From an uncultured Methanosarcinales archaeon (GTDB lineage: Archaea > Nanobdellota > Nanobdellia > Woesearchaeales > GW2011-AR4): DNA of 27,464 bases. The stretch's first letter is position 1. Every line of letters starts with the position of its first letter. The notes under the pieces are model-generated. The model did not search any database and was not told the DNA's origin. It saw only the letters and a list, made by a program, of their open reading frames with translations. Below are positions 1 through 8,153 of this stretch, piece by piece. The stretch spans positions 1-27,464 of the forward strand of contig CAYWNO010000002.1 of the NCBI GenBank assembly GCA_964459665.1, in the 5' to 3' direction. Made by a program: the position numbers and the translations under genes.

Positions 1-189
1 CACCTCAGCTTATTTTTAATCTCAAATGCTTAAAAGAATTCTCATCGCTTCACAGTTCAAAATTCCGCAACCTTTATAAATAACTGTATAATTCTTTTTA
101 TAATGATATATAATCCTTCTTAAGACACAATAAATGGTTTCATTGTTAATTGTGCTAAAGAGGGATTGCTATGCCTTTTCAAGCTATAC

Positions 190-356
190 GCCCTGGTAGT
201 GTAGCCTGGATCAGCGTAAAAGGCATTAATTAATGCGGATTGCTGCAGGAACTATCATGAAGCCCTGTCGTGTGTGAGGCAAGTTCTGCCCGTACGCAAA
301 AAGGCTTCGACTCGGGTTCAAAAAACTTTGTCGTGGTGAAAATCCCGACCAGGGCG
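190..356 (+). tRNA. tRNA-Asp(GTC) with three BHB introns: 211-251 (D-loop, 20/20a), 271-301 (37/38), 323-342 (T-loop, 59/60)
   Basis: Removing the introns gives GCCCUGGUAGUGUAGCCUGGA-CUAUCAUGAAGCCCUGUCG-AGGCUUCGACUCGGGUUCAAA-UCCCGACCAGGGCG. Acceptor stem 190-196/349-355; anticodon GTC at 267-269. Each junction has a BHB-type central helix (CCUG/CAGG; CUGU/GCAA, imperfect; UUCA/UGAA) flanked by 3-nt bulges. Confidence 0.93.
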
Positions 357-421
357 CTCTTATATTGAAAATAAAAATGAAAGCAAAGTTGCATCATCAC
401 TCACGTCACACGCATCTTAAT

Positions 422-585
422 GGGCCGGTAGCTCAGCCTGGTAATTTGCTCAAATTGGGCAATAGAGCACCTGTTTTTTAGATAATGTCGGGTGAAACTT
501 TTAATCAGGTGGTCGCGAGTCCGAATAACTAAAGGGAAAAATCCGCTTGGCGCGATTTTTTCATTTGGAAGTCTCGTCCGGCCCA
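422..585 (+). tRNA. tRNA-Lys(TTT) with three BHB introns: 442-462 (19/20), 474-496 (30/31), 526-571 (59/60)
   Basis: Spliced form GGGCCGGUAGCUCAGCCUGG-UAGAGCACCUG-ACUUUUAAUCAGGUGGUCGCGAGUCCGAA-UCUCGUCCGGCCCA. Acceptor stem 422-428/578-584; anticodon TTT at 500-502. Central helices GCCU/GGGC, CACC/GGUG and UCCG/UGGA each have 3-nt bulges. Confidence 0.92.
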
Positions 586-595
586 CCTTGTCATA

Positions 596-626
596 AAAAT
601 TTTTTCGCTACGGGCGAAAAATTTTT
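596..626. repeat. AT-flanked palindrome (AAAATTTTTTCGC-TACGG-GCGAAAAATTTTT) between tRNA-Lys and rpoH
   Basis: Near-perfect inverted repeat; the A/T tract plus CGC...GCG core resembles the family-1 palindromes elsewhere in the window. Confidence 0.7.
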
Positions 627-654
627 CATTTGTGTCATGGGCAATAAGGGGAAT

Positions 655-900
655 ATGAAAAAACCGAAATTTAAGTTTGACAAGCATATGCTGATTCCGA
701 AGCATTCCAAGCTTTCCGAAAAAGATAAGGCCCAGTTATTTGAAGATTATCACGCAACTCCAAAGGAGCTTCCAAGGATTATGAAGACCGATTCTGCCAT
801 AAAAGAGATGGAAGCAAAGCCGGGCGATGTTATCAGGATAATAAGAAAAAGCCCGACAGCCGGCGAGTCTGCATTCTACAGGGTGATAGTTGATGTATAA
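655..900 (+). CDS. rpoH: DNA-directed RNA polymerase subunit H (Rpo5)
   Basis: HMLIPKHSKL...LPRIMKTD...KPGDVIRIIRKSPTAGESAFYRVIV. ATG at 655 follows AAGGGG and gives 81 aa (alternative ATG 637). The ORF-track start at 547 lies inside tRNA-Lys. Confidence 0.95.
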   Translation: MKKPKFKFDKHMLIPKHSKLSEKDKAQLFEDYHATPKELPRIMKTDSAIKEMEAKPGDVIRIIRKSPTAGESAFYRVIVDV

Positions 901-2380
901 ATACGGAAAGACACTCATACAAAAATACTTCGAGGAGCAAAGCTTTGTAGACTCCGACATAGACTCATTTAATAATTTTATCGACAAGGAGCTTGTGAGA
1001 ATAATAGATGAAAACAGGGAGATAATACCGACAATAATACCACATAACATTGATGAGTTCAAGATAAAGCTTGACAAGATTTGGGTTGAAAAGCCCAAGA
1101 TGATTGAAGCCGACGGCTCTAGTAGGAACATATATCCCATGGAGGCCCGACTTAGAAAAATAACTTATTCTGCTCCGACTTGGATAACCGTCAGCGCCCA
1201 CATAAACGGCGTGCAGCGTGAAAGTTTTGATACCCAGATAGGAAACCTCCCTATAATGTTAAAGAGCAGGTGGTGCCATCTTTACAAGCTAAACCGGGAT
1301 GAGCTCATATCCAAAGGCGAAGACCCCGACGAGCCGGGCGGCTACTTCATAATCAACGGTACGGAAAAAGTTCTCATAACAATAGAGGATTTGGCTTCGA
1401 ACAGGTCGCTTACGGAGAGGGATTCTACGGGCCCAAGCGAGATAGTGGGCAAGTTATTTTCTGAATATGGCTCTTTCAAGATTCCGCATACGCTTGAAAA
1501 AATGAAAGACGGGATATTCTACCTTACTTTCACGAGGGTAAAAAGAATACCGATTATAGTAGTCATAAAATCCCTTGGCCTGCTAAAAGACGAGGAAATA
1601 ACCAAGCACATCTCTTCGGAAAGGCAGTTTGATGAGGTCATAATAAACCTGCTTGAGTTCGTGGACATAAAAAACGAGGAAGAAGCTCTCGACTATATTG
1701 CAAAAAGGATAGGCATAACCCAGTCAAAGGAAGTGAGGATTGAGAGGATGAAAGAAATCCTCGATAAATACCTTCTTCCGCATCTTGGCATAAAGCAGGA
1801 AGATAGGATATTAAAGGCATACAACCTGTGCAAGATGCTCAAAAAGTATATCCCTGTTTCCAATAACGAGCTTTCAGTAGACGACAAGGACCATTACATG
1901 AACAAGCGCCTTAAGATGAGCGGCGATTTGCTTGCAGACCTTCTAAGGCTTAACCTCAAGGTCCTCATAGGAGACTTGCTTTACAATTTCCAAAGAATCG
2001 TAAAAAGGGGAAAATTCCCGTCAATTAAAGTCATCATAAGGGACAAGCTTCTTACGCAAAGGATTTATTCCTCGATGGCAACGGGAGTATGGGTTGGCGG
2101 CAGGAAAGGGATAAGCCAAAGAATCCAGAGGCTCAACTATCTCGAGACACTGTCGCATCTTCAAAGGGTCGTAAGCCCGCTAAGCGCCTCGCAGGAAAAC
2201 TTTGAGGCAAGGGAATTGCACCCAACGCATCTTGGAAGGCTCTGCCCGATTGAGACTCCTGAAGGAACAAACATCGGGCTAAGAAAGAACCTTGCATTGC
2301 TCTGCAAAATCTCAGGCGAATCCAACCAAGACGATATTTTAAGGTCATTGAAAGAATTGGGATTGAAGACGATAAGGTAA
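893..2380 (+). CDS. rpoB2: DNA-directed RNA polymerase subunit B'' (Rpo2N)
   Basis: GGYFIINGTEKV and LGRLCPIETPEGTNIGL motifs; GGTGA RBS; ATG overlaps the end of rpoH. Confidence 0.96.
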   Translation: MYKYGKTLIQKYFEEQSFVDSDIDSFNNFIDKELVRIIDENREIIPTIIPHNIDEFKIKLDKIWVEKPKMIEADGSSRNIYPMEARLRKITYSAPTWITVSAHINGVQRESFDTQIGNLPIMLKSRWCHLYKLNRDELISKGEDPDEPGGYFIINGTEKVLITIEDLASNRSLTERDSTGPSEIVGKLFSEYGSFKIPHTLEKMKDGIFYLTFTRVKRIPIIVVIKSLGLLKDEEITKHISSERQFDEVIINLLEFVDIKNEEEALDYIAKRIGITQSKEVRIERMKEILDKYLLPHLGIKQEDRILKAYNLCKMLKKYIPVSNNELSVDDKDHYMNKRLKMSGDLLADLLRLNLKVLIGDLLYNFQRIVKRGKFPSIKVIIRDKLLTQRIYSSMATGVWVGGRKGISQRIQRLNYLETLSHLQRVVSPLSASQENFEARELHPTHLGRLCPIETPEGTNIGLRKNLALLCKISGESNQDDILRSLKELGLKTIR

Positions 2381-2407
2381 ATAATAATTCATCGATAAAC
2401 AAAATTA

Positions 2408-2438
2408 AAAAAATTTCATCCCGAAGATGAAATTTTTT
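2408..2438. repeat. 13-bp perfect hairpin AAAAAATTTCATC-CCGAA-GATGAAATTTTTT (TTTCATC family)
   Basis: Perfect inverted repeat; the same TTTCATC/GATGAAA core occurs at 18299-18329 and 18416-18449. Confidence 0.8.
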
Positions 2439-2443
2439 GAATG

Positions 2444-2537
2444 AAAAGCTTGACAAAAAATCAGTGGGCTTTAGCCCACCACGCCTGTGGCGTGTTTCTT
2501 TTTGGTCAAGCTTTTTCTTTTTAAAAGAAAAAGGTTG
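2444..2537 (+). promoter_or_regulatory. Structured leader/repeat directly upstream of rpoB'
   Basis: AAAAGCTTGAC (2444-2454) pairs with GTCAAGCTTTT (2505-2515) and encloses two GC hairpins. The 3' 42 nt nearly match 4786-4825. A regulatory role is inferred. Confidence 0.55.
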
Positions 2538-2543
2538 GAAAAA

Positions 2544-4349
2544 ATGACAGCAGAAGTATACCTCAACAGCAGATTTTTGGGAACTATTGACAATCCGATA
2601 GAATTTACGAACAAGATAAGGGACGAAAGAAGGAAAGGATTGCTTACGGATAACCTTAATGTTTACTACAACGAAAAGACAAATGAAGTGCAATTGGAAA
2701 GCTCCAAGGGAAGGGCGAGAAGGCCATTGATAATAGTAAAGGACGGCGTGCCTTTGCTTACCGAGAGGCACATAAAGCAGCTCGAGAAGAATGAAATTTC
2801 ATGGTCGGACCTGATAAAGCAGGGCGTAGTTGAGTATCTGGATGCCGCCGAGGAGGAAAACACCTTGGTTGCATTTTTTGAAAATGAGCTAACGCCGGAA
2901 CACACCCATCTTGAGATAACCCCGCTTGCGATGCTTGGATACTGCACTTCTCTTGTGCCGTACGGAAATTTTAACCAGTCCACGAGGCTTAATGCGGGCT
3001 CGAAAAACCAAAAGCAGGCTCTGGGCTTTTATGCATCGAATTTTGCAGTAAGGATGGACATGGACGTAAATATCCTGCATTATGCGCAAAGCCCCATAGT
3101 CAACACAATCATCAATGACATTTCTGATTACAGCAAGCATCCTGCCGGCCAGAATCTTGTAGTTGCGATAATGAGCTACAAGGGCTACAATATGGAAGAC
3201 GCAATAATCCTCAATAAAGGCTCCATAGAAAGAGGCCTTGGAAGGTCAACCTACTACAGGCCAAGCATCGCAGAGGAGCTTAGGTACTCGGGCGGCTTGA
3301 TCGACCAGATATGCATTCCCGATAAGGACGTAAAAGGATACAAGACAGAAAAAGATTATCGGTTTTTAGAGGATGACGGCATTATTTATCCGGAAGCGAA
3401 GGTAAAAGAAGGAGATGTAGTTATAGGAAAAACTTCTCCTCCGAGATTCTTAAGCTCGATGGAAGAGTACAGTTTGGCATCGAGCACAAGGCGTGAAAGC
3501 TCGGTAAACTTAAAGCACGGCGAAGAGGGTGTCATTGATTTTGTTTTGATAACTGAAAATGAAGAGGGCAACAAGCTTATTCAGGTAAGGATAAGGGACG
3601 AAAGGGTGCCTGAAATCGGCGATAAGTTCACGAGCAGGCACGGGCAAAAAGGAATTGTAGGATTGATTGTGCCGCAAAGCGACATGCCTTTTTCAGCAAA
3701 CGGGATTATTCCCGACCTGATATTCTCGCCTCACGGGGTTCCGTCAAGAATGACTATATCTCATCTTATCGAGATGCTTGCAGGAAAGGTTGGCTCTCTT
3801 GCAGGAAGGTACATCAATGGGACAACTTTCGACGCTGAGCCTGAAGAGAGGCTAAGAAAAGAGCTTTTATCTCTTGGATTCAGGGAAAGCGGCGTTGAGG
3901 TTTTATACAGTGGCCAGACAGGAGAGCAGCTTCAGGCAAAAATTTTCATCGGAAATATGTACTACTTAAAATTAAAGCACATGGTTGCAAACAAGATACA
4001 CTCGAGAGCAAGAGGCCCTATACAGCTTTTGACGAGGCAGCCTACTGAAGGAAGGGCAAAAGAAGGCGGCTTAAGGCTAGGGGAGATGGAGAAGGATACT
4101 TTCGTTGCGCACGGCGCATCGCTTCTGCTAAAGGAAAGGTTCGACAGCGACAGAACGGTAGTTCCTGTATGCGAGAATTGCGGAATCATCGCGATAAAAG
4201 ACAACTACAAAAACAAGTCATACTGCCCTGTCTGCGGCGAGAACGTGGAAGTAAGGGACATTGAAATAAGCTACGCTTTTAAATTGATGCTTGATGAGTT
4301 TAAGTCACTTGGCATATATCCAAAATTGCAGCTTGAAAGCAAGTATTGA
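2544..4349 (+). CDS. rpoB1: DNA-directed RNA polymerase subunit B' (Rpo2C)
   Basis: GYNMEDA, GDKFTSRHGQKG, QPTEGRAKEGGLRLGEMEKD and a C-terminal CxxC...CxxC. Start placed at MTAEVYLN (2544) because the upstream extension is repeat-derived. Confidence 0.96.
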   Translation: MTAEVYLNSRFLGTIDNPIEFTNKIRDERRKGLLTDNLNVYYNEKTNEVQLESSKGRARRPLIIVKDGVPLLTERHIKQLEKNEISWSDLIKQGVVEYLDAAEEENTLVAFFENELTPEHTHLEITPLAMLGYCTSLVPYGNFNQSTRLNAGSKNQKQALGFYASNFAVRMDMDVNILHYAQSPIVNTIINDISDYSKHPAGQNLVVAIMSYKGYNMEDAIILNKGSIERGLGRSTYYRPSIAEELRYSGGLIDQICIPDKDVKGYKTEKDYRFLEDDGIIYPEAKVKEGDVVIGKTSPPRFLSSMEEYSLASSTRRESSVNLKHGEEGVIDFVLITENEEGNKLIQVRIRDERVPEIGDKFTSRHGQKGIVGLIVPQSDMPFSANGIIPDLIFSPHGVPSRMTISHLIEMLAGKVGSLAGRYINGTTFDAEPEERLRKELLSLGFRESGVEVLYSGQTGEQLQAKIFIGNMYYLKLKHMVANKIHSRARGPIQLLTRQPTEGRAKEGGLRLGEMEKDTFVAHGASLLLKERFDSDRTVVPVCENCGIIAIKDNYKNKSYCPVCGENVEVRDIEISYAFKLMLDEFKSLGIYPKLQLESKY

Positions 4350-4354
4350 TTAAA

Positions 4355-4594
4355 ATGGTTGATAATCAAGAAATAAAACCACATTTAAAGAGTTTAGAAC
4401 AATTAGATACTTTATTAGGACATTTACCCAAAAGAACTGCAGTTTCTTTGATAAAAGTAATACAAGAAATTACAGGAAACACTATGATTTTAAGAGACCA
4501 GATATACGGATTGTCATATTTAGTGAATGAGGATAATGCGGTAAATCTTAATCTATTGCGGAATGAAGATATTGCAATACAGAATACTGAATAA
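4355..4594 (+). CDS. Small AT-rich hypothetical protein inside the rpo cluster, possibly frameshifted (a +1 frame stays open to 4658)
   Basis: 79-aa ORF rich in A/T-ending codons. An overlapping frame at 4563-4658 reads MKILQYRILNNQLDEIGLKLKQLNDKYIQFE. Confidence 0.45.
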   Translation: MVDNQEIKPHLKSLEQLDTLLGHLPKRTAVSLIKVIQEITGNTMILRDQIYGLSYLVNEDNAVNLNLLRNEDIAIQNTE

Positions 4595-4755
4595 CCAGTT
4601 AGATGAAATTGGATTAAAACTTAAGCAATTAAATGACAAATATATACAATTTGAATAAAATCATCAATAAAAACACATTGACGATTGGGCATTAAAGGAA
4701 ACACAATAAAAACAATTCAAAAAAATTCATTAAAAAAATGACAACGAGAAAAATA

Positions 4756-4825
4756 GGGGCTTTATGCCCCTTCAAGCTTGACGAGTTCTTTTTGGTCAAG
4801 CTTTTTCTTGTTAAGAAAAAGGTTG
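4756..4825 (+). promoter_or_regulatory. Structured leader/repeat directly upstream of rpoA''
   Basis: GGGGC-TTTAT-GCCCC hairpin, AAGCTTGAC/GTCAAGCTT stem and CTTTTTCTT-GTT-AAGAAAAAGG hairpin; shared with the rpoB' leader. Confidence 0.55.
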
Positions 4826-4826
4826 T

Positions 4827-7520
4827 ATGGTAGACATAATATCTGAATACAAGGGCAAGCTTCCTTCCAAGATACTTCAGGAAGTCGAAAAAAATCTGCC
4901 TAAAGCTACAAGCGACACTAAGCTAAGAAAGATTATGGAAGCGGTTTATGAAGAGTACAAGAATGCTTGTGTCAATCCGGGAGAAGCTGTCGGGCTGATA
5001 TCCGCTGAATCAATCGGAGAGCCGGGAACGCAGATGAGTCTTGACTATGAAGAGAAAGTAATTGTAAAAAGCCAGAATAAAATAAAAATAGTAAAAATCG
5101 GAGAATTTATTGATAAAATAATGAGCAAGGCTGGTTATGTGAAATATAAAGATACAGAAGTATGTAAGATAAATAATGCAGAATTATTTGTGCCTGCCTT
5201 AAGCCAAAATGAAAGAATAGAGTGGAAAAAAGTAACTGCGTTAAGCAGGCATAATCCCCCAGAGAAATTGCTGAAGATTACCACAAGATCCGGCAGGCAG
5301 ATAACTGCAACGCCTTATCATTCATTTGTTATAAGGAAAGACAATTGTATCATGCCTGTAGCAGGCTCAAGCCTAAAAATTGGGGATAGGACGCCTGTTG
5401 TAAGAAAAATGGTTAATTTAACAAATAATGAATTCCTTAAATTAGAGGATTATCTTCCTAAAAATCGATATATCTATGAAAGCGAGTTAAGAAAAGCCAT
5501 TAACAAGGAAGGGAATTTTGAGCTGCCAATAAAAAGCTATGAGCAAATAAACAATTATGCACAAGGCAATAATAAGTTTCAGATAAAGCAAAACTGTGTT
5601 TATATGTACCAAAACCATAGTGCCGGGCAAATACCTGAGGTTATGGAGTTAGATAGCTTATTTGGGTTCTTTATAGGAGCATATCTTGCAGAAGGAACTC
5701 ATACAGAAAATTATATTGGAATATCTAATGTTTCTGAAGAGTATTTACAGCAAGTAATAAAGTTTACAGAAAAATATTGCATAAATTACAAAATAAGGCA
5801 TGAAATAGGAGAATATGGAAAAAGCACAACCTTGCTTTTATACTCAACTTTGATTGCAGACTTGTTAAGGAAAGCCTGCAACAAGGGAGCATATAACAAG
5901 CATATCCCTGACTTTGCGTATTCTGCCAAATCCGAGTTTGCCAGCGCATTATTGAATGCTTATTTTTGTGGAGACGGGAATATCAGCGTTTCACGTAAAG
6001 TTATAAGGGCAAGCTCCTGCTCTAAACAGTTAATTGACGGTATTTCAATATTGCTTTCGCAGTTTGGCATATTTGCCGCAAAATTTGTTGGCAAAAGAAA
6101 TCAATATGCTTTATCAATCTCTTATCGCTATGCTGACCAATTTAAAGAAAAGATAGGGTTAGCCATACCGCAAAAAATGGATGCGCTTGAAAAGCTGACT
6201 CAAGCTCTAAGTTCAGGGACAAGCTATGACTCAATAGAAATGGTAGCAGGTTACGGCGATATTTTATCTAAAACAGGCAAGAAGCTTGGCGTACCGAGCA
6301 GGCTGACAGGCAAATTTACAAAAAAACAAAAAATTGGAAGACAGGCGCTTAAAAAATATATTGCCCTATTTGAAAGAAAAGCCGAAGATAAAAGCATTGC
6401 AATAGAAGAGGAATTAAAAATTTTAAAGAGAATGGCTGATTCTGACGTTGTTTGGGACGAAATCATAAAATTAGAGCATACTTGCACAACAAACGAATAT
6501 GTATATGATTTTTCTGTTGAAGATTTAGAGACATTTACGACTTTTGATGGAATTATTACCCATAACACTCTCAATACATTCCACTTTGCAGGGGTCGCAG
6601 AGATGAACGTTACTCTTGGGCTTCCTAGGATAATCGAGATACTCGACGGAAGAAAAGAGCTTGATAACCCAATGATGGAGATATACTTAAAAAAGCCTTA
6701 TGCAAGCGGCAAAAAAGTAGAGGAGCTAAGGCAGCTTGCACTGCAGATAAAAGAGACAAAATTAAGGGAAGTATCGAGAGAGCTTTCAATAAACATCGCC
6801 GATTTTACCATAGAAATAAAGCTAGACAAGGACAAGATGAAGGAGCTGGACTTAACAATCGGCAAGGTCATAGACTCAATCTCAAAGCAATTGAAGGGCT
6901 ATAACATAAGAGACAACAAGGATTCAATCATTCTTAAATCGAGAAGCAAGGAGGACACATTCAACGAGGCATACAAGACCAAGGAAAAAATCAAGAATGT
7001 GCATGTAAAAGGCATACCTGGAATTTTGCAGGTTTTGCCGGTAAGAAGAGAAAACGAATTCATAATAATAACGGCAGGCTCTAATCTTTCCGATGTGCTT
7101 CAATTGGAGGAAGTTGACGCTTACAGGACAACGACAAACAACATATTCGAGATTGAGCAGGTTCTTGGAATAGAGGCCGCGCGCCAGTCAATAGTAAATG
7201 AAATATTCAAGGTCATAGAGAGCCAGGGCCTCAATGTGGATGTTAGGCACATAATGCTTGTTGCCGATACCATGTGTGTTAGCGGAACCGTCAAGGGAAT
7301 AACAAGATATGGCGTGATAAGCGACAAGTCAAGCGTGCTTGCCCGCGCGTCTTTTGAAACCCCGATAAAGCACATAATCAATGCAGCCCTCGTCGGCGAA
7401 GTTGATAACCTAGACTCGGTTGTAGAAAACGTCATGATAAACCAGTGTATTCCAATCGGGACTGGACTTCCGAGTTTGGCGGTTAAGGCGCCTGTACAAA
7501 AACCTGTTAAGGAAAAATAA
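4827..7520 (+). CDS. rpoA2: DNA-directed RNA polymerase subunit A'' (Rpo1C) precursor with intein; spliced product 387 aa
   Basis: GEAVGLISAESIGEPGTQM | intein | TLNTFHFAGVAEMNVTLGLPRIIEI; DVRHIMLVAD; SVLARASFE; IPIGTG. Confidence 0.96.
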   Translation: MVDIISEYKGKLPSKILQEVEKNLPKATSDTKLRKIMEAVYEEYKNACVNPGEAVGLISAESIGEPGTQMSLDYEEKVIVKSQNKIKIVKIGEFIDKIMSKAGYVKYKDTEVCKINNAELFVPALSQNERIEWKKVTALSRHNPPEKLLKITTRSGRQITATPYHSFVIRKDNCIMPVAGSSLKIGDRTPVVRKMVNLTNNEFLKLEDYLPKNRYIYESELRKAINKEGNFELPIKSYEQINNYAQGNNKFQIKQNCVYMYQNHSAGQIPEVMELDSLFGFFIGAYLAEGTHTENYIGISNVSEEYLQQVIKFTEKYCINYKIRHEIGEYGKSTTLLLYSTLIADLLRKACNKGAYNKHIPDFAYSAKSEFASALLNAYFCGDGNISVSRKVIRASSCSKQLIDGISILLSQFGIFAAKFVGKRNQYALSISYRYADQFKEKIGLAIPQKMDALEKLTQALSSGTSYDSIEMVAGYGDILSKTGKKLGVPSRLTGKFTKKQKIGRQALKKYIALFERKAEDKSIAIEEELKILKRMADSDVVWDEIIKLEHTCTTNEYVYDFSVEDLETFTTFDGIITHNTLNTFHFAGVAEMNVTLGLPRIIEILDGRKELDNPMMEIYLKKPYASGKKVEELRQLALQIKETKLREVSRELSINIADFTIEIKLDKDKMKELDLTIGKVIDSISKQLKGYNIRDNKDSIILKSRSKEDTFNEAYKTKEKIKNVHVKGIPGILQVLPVRRENEFIIITAGSNLSDVLQLEEVDAYRTTTNNIFEIEQVLGIEAARQSIVNEIFKVIESQGLNVDVRHIMLVADTMCVSGTVKGITRYGVISDKSSVLARASFETPIKHIINAALVGEVDNLDSVVENVMINQCIPIGTGLPSLAVKAPVQKPVKEK
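5037..6566 (+). mobile_element. Intein with LAGLIDADG homing endonuclease (aa 71-580, 510 aa)
   Basis: Starts SLDYEEKVIVK, ends ITHN followed by Thr. Block B ITATPYHSF; endonuclease blocks FIGAYLAEGT and LLNAYFCGDGNI. Confidence 0.95.
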
Positions 7521-7597
7521 AATTAAACTATACGCATTGACGAAAAAAACATTAACGGCTGAACATTAAACGAAAAACTTAAAATTATTGAACAAAA

Positions 7598-8116
7598 ATG
7601 AACTATAAACTATCACTTACAACTTTGGCTTTAGCTGGAAGTTTGTCTTTAGGTGGAAATGCTTTAGCACAAAGTTCTGGTTCATCTTCTATAGAAACTG
7701 TTTTAGATCATATAGCTAAGAATGGAAGAGTCAAAACTACATTTTCTCAAGTAGGCTACTTTTTTAATAAAAATTCTGGAAATGCTGATGGAAAAGCAAT
7801 CATTAACCAAAATGGAGAACTTTTTGTTCAAACATTAGGTGAAGATGCTAAAATGAACTTGATATATGGTCCACAAAGAAAAATAGGTAATGTATTTGAG
7901 ACAAGACGTCCAGATGGAAATTATATTGTTACAGGTATTTATGCTGTGGATTTAAATCAAGATGGATTAGATGACATTGTTGTAGATGTGACTGATATGA
8001 CTGGTGTTTCAGCAGTTCCAATAGACACTAGAACAACTAAAGATTTCTATTTCGCAACAGGAAATGGTAAATTTTCAAAAGGAAAATCTAAAGTTTATTT
8101 CGAAAGGAGAGAATGA
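7598..8116 (+). CDS. AT-rich secreted protein with an FG-GAP/VCBS-like acidic loop
   Basis: Signal peptide MNYKLSLTTLALAGSLSLGGNALA; AVDLNQDGLDDIVV (DxNxDGxxD). Codon usage is visibly more A/T-ending than in the flanking rpo genes. Confidence 0.75.
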   Translation: MNYKLSLTTLALAGSLSLGGNALAQSSGSSSIETVLDHIAKNGRVKTTFSQVGYFFNKNSGNADGKAIINQNGELFVQTLGEDAKMNLIYGPQRKIGNVFETRRPDGNYIVTGIYAVDLNQDGLDDIVVDVTDMTGVSAVPIDTRTTKDFYFATGNGKFSKGKSKVYFERRE

Positions 8117-8153
8117 AGTTCACTTTTAAACCTAAATTTTTTTTGAGGACAAA

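Noticed and set aside
1-180. AT-rich TATA-like boxes and a leading CACCTC (reverse RBS)
   Set aside because: Several candidates at ambiguous distances, and the divergent gene would lie outside the window.
401-654. ORF 401-586 (-) and the 547-654 N-terminal extension of rpoH
   Set aside because: They overlap tRNA-Lys and a palindrome; RpoH similarity begins only near 655.
2487-2543. MACFFLVKLFLFKRKRLEK extension of RpoB'
   Set aside because: GTG start inside the leader hairpins; conserved sequence starts at MTAEVYLN. Not counted as in-frame insertion evidence.
4677-7560. CATTGACGA-N5/6-CATTAA(A/C)GG motif at ~4677 and ~7536
   Set aside because: Short match in A-rich DNA with inconsistent position relative to the cargo genes; chance cannot be excluded.
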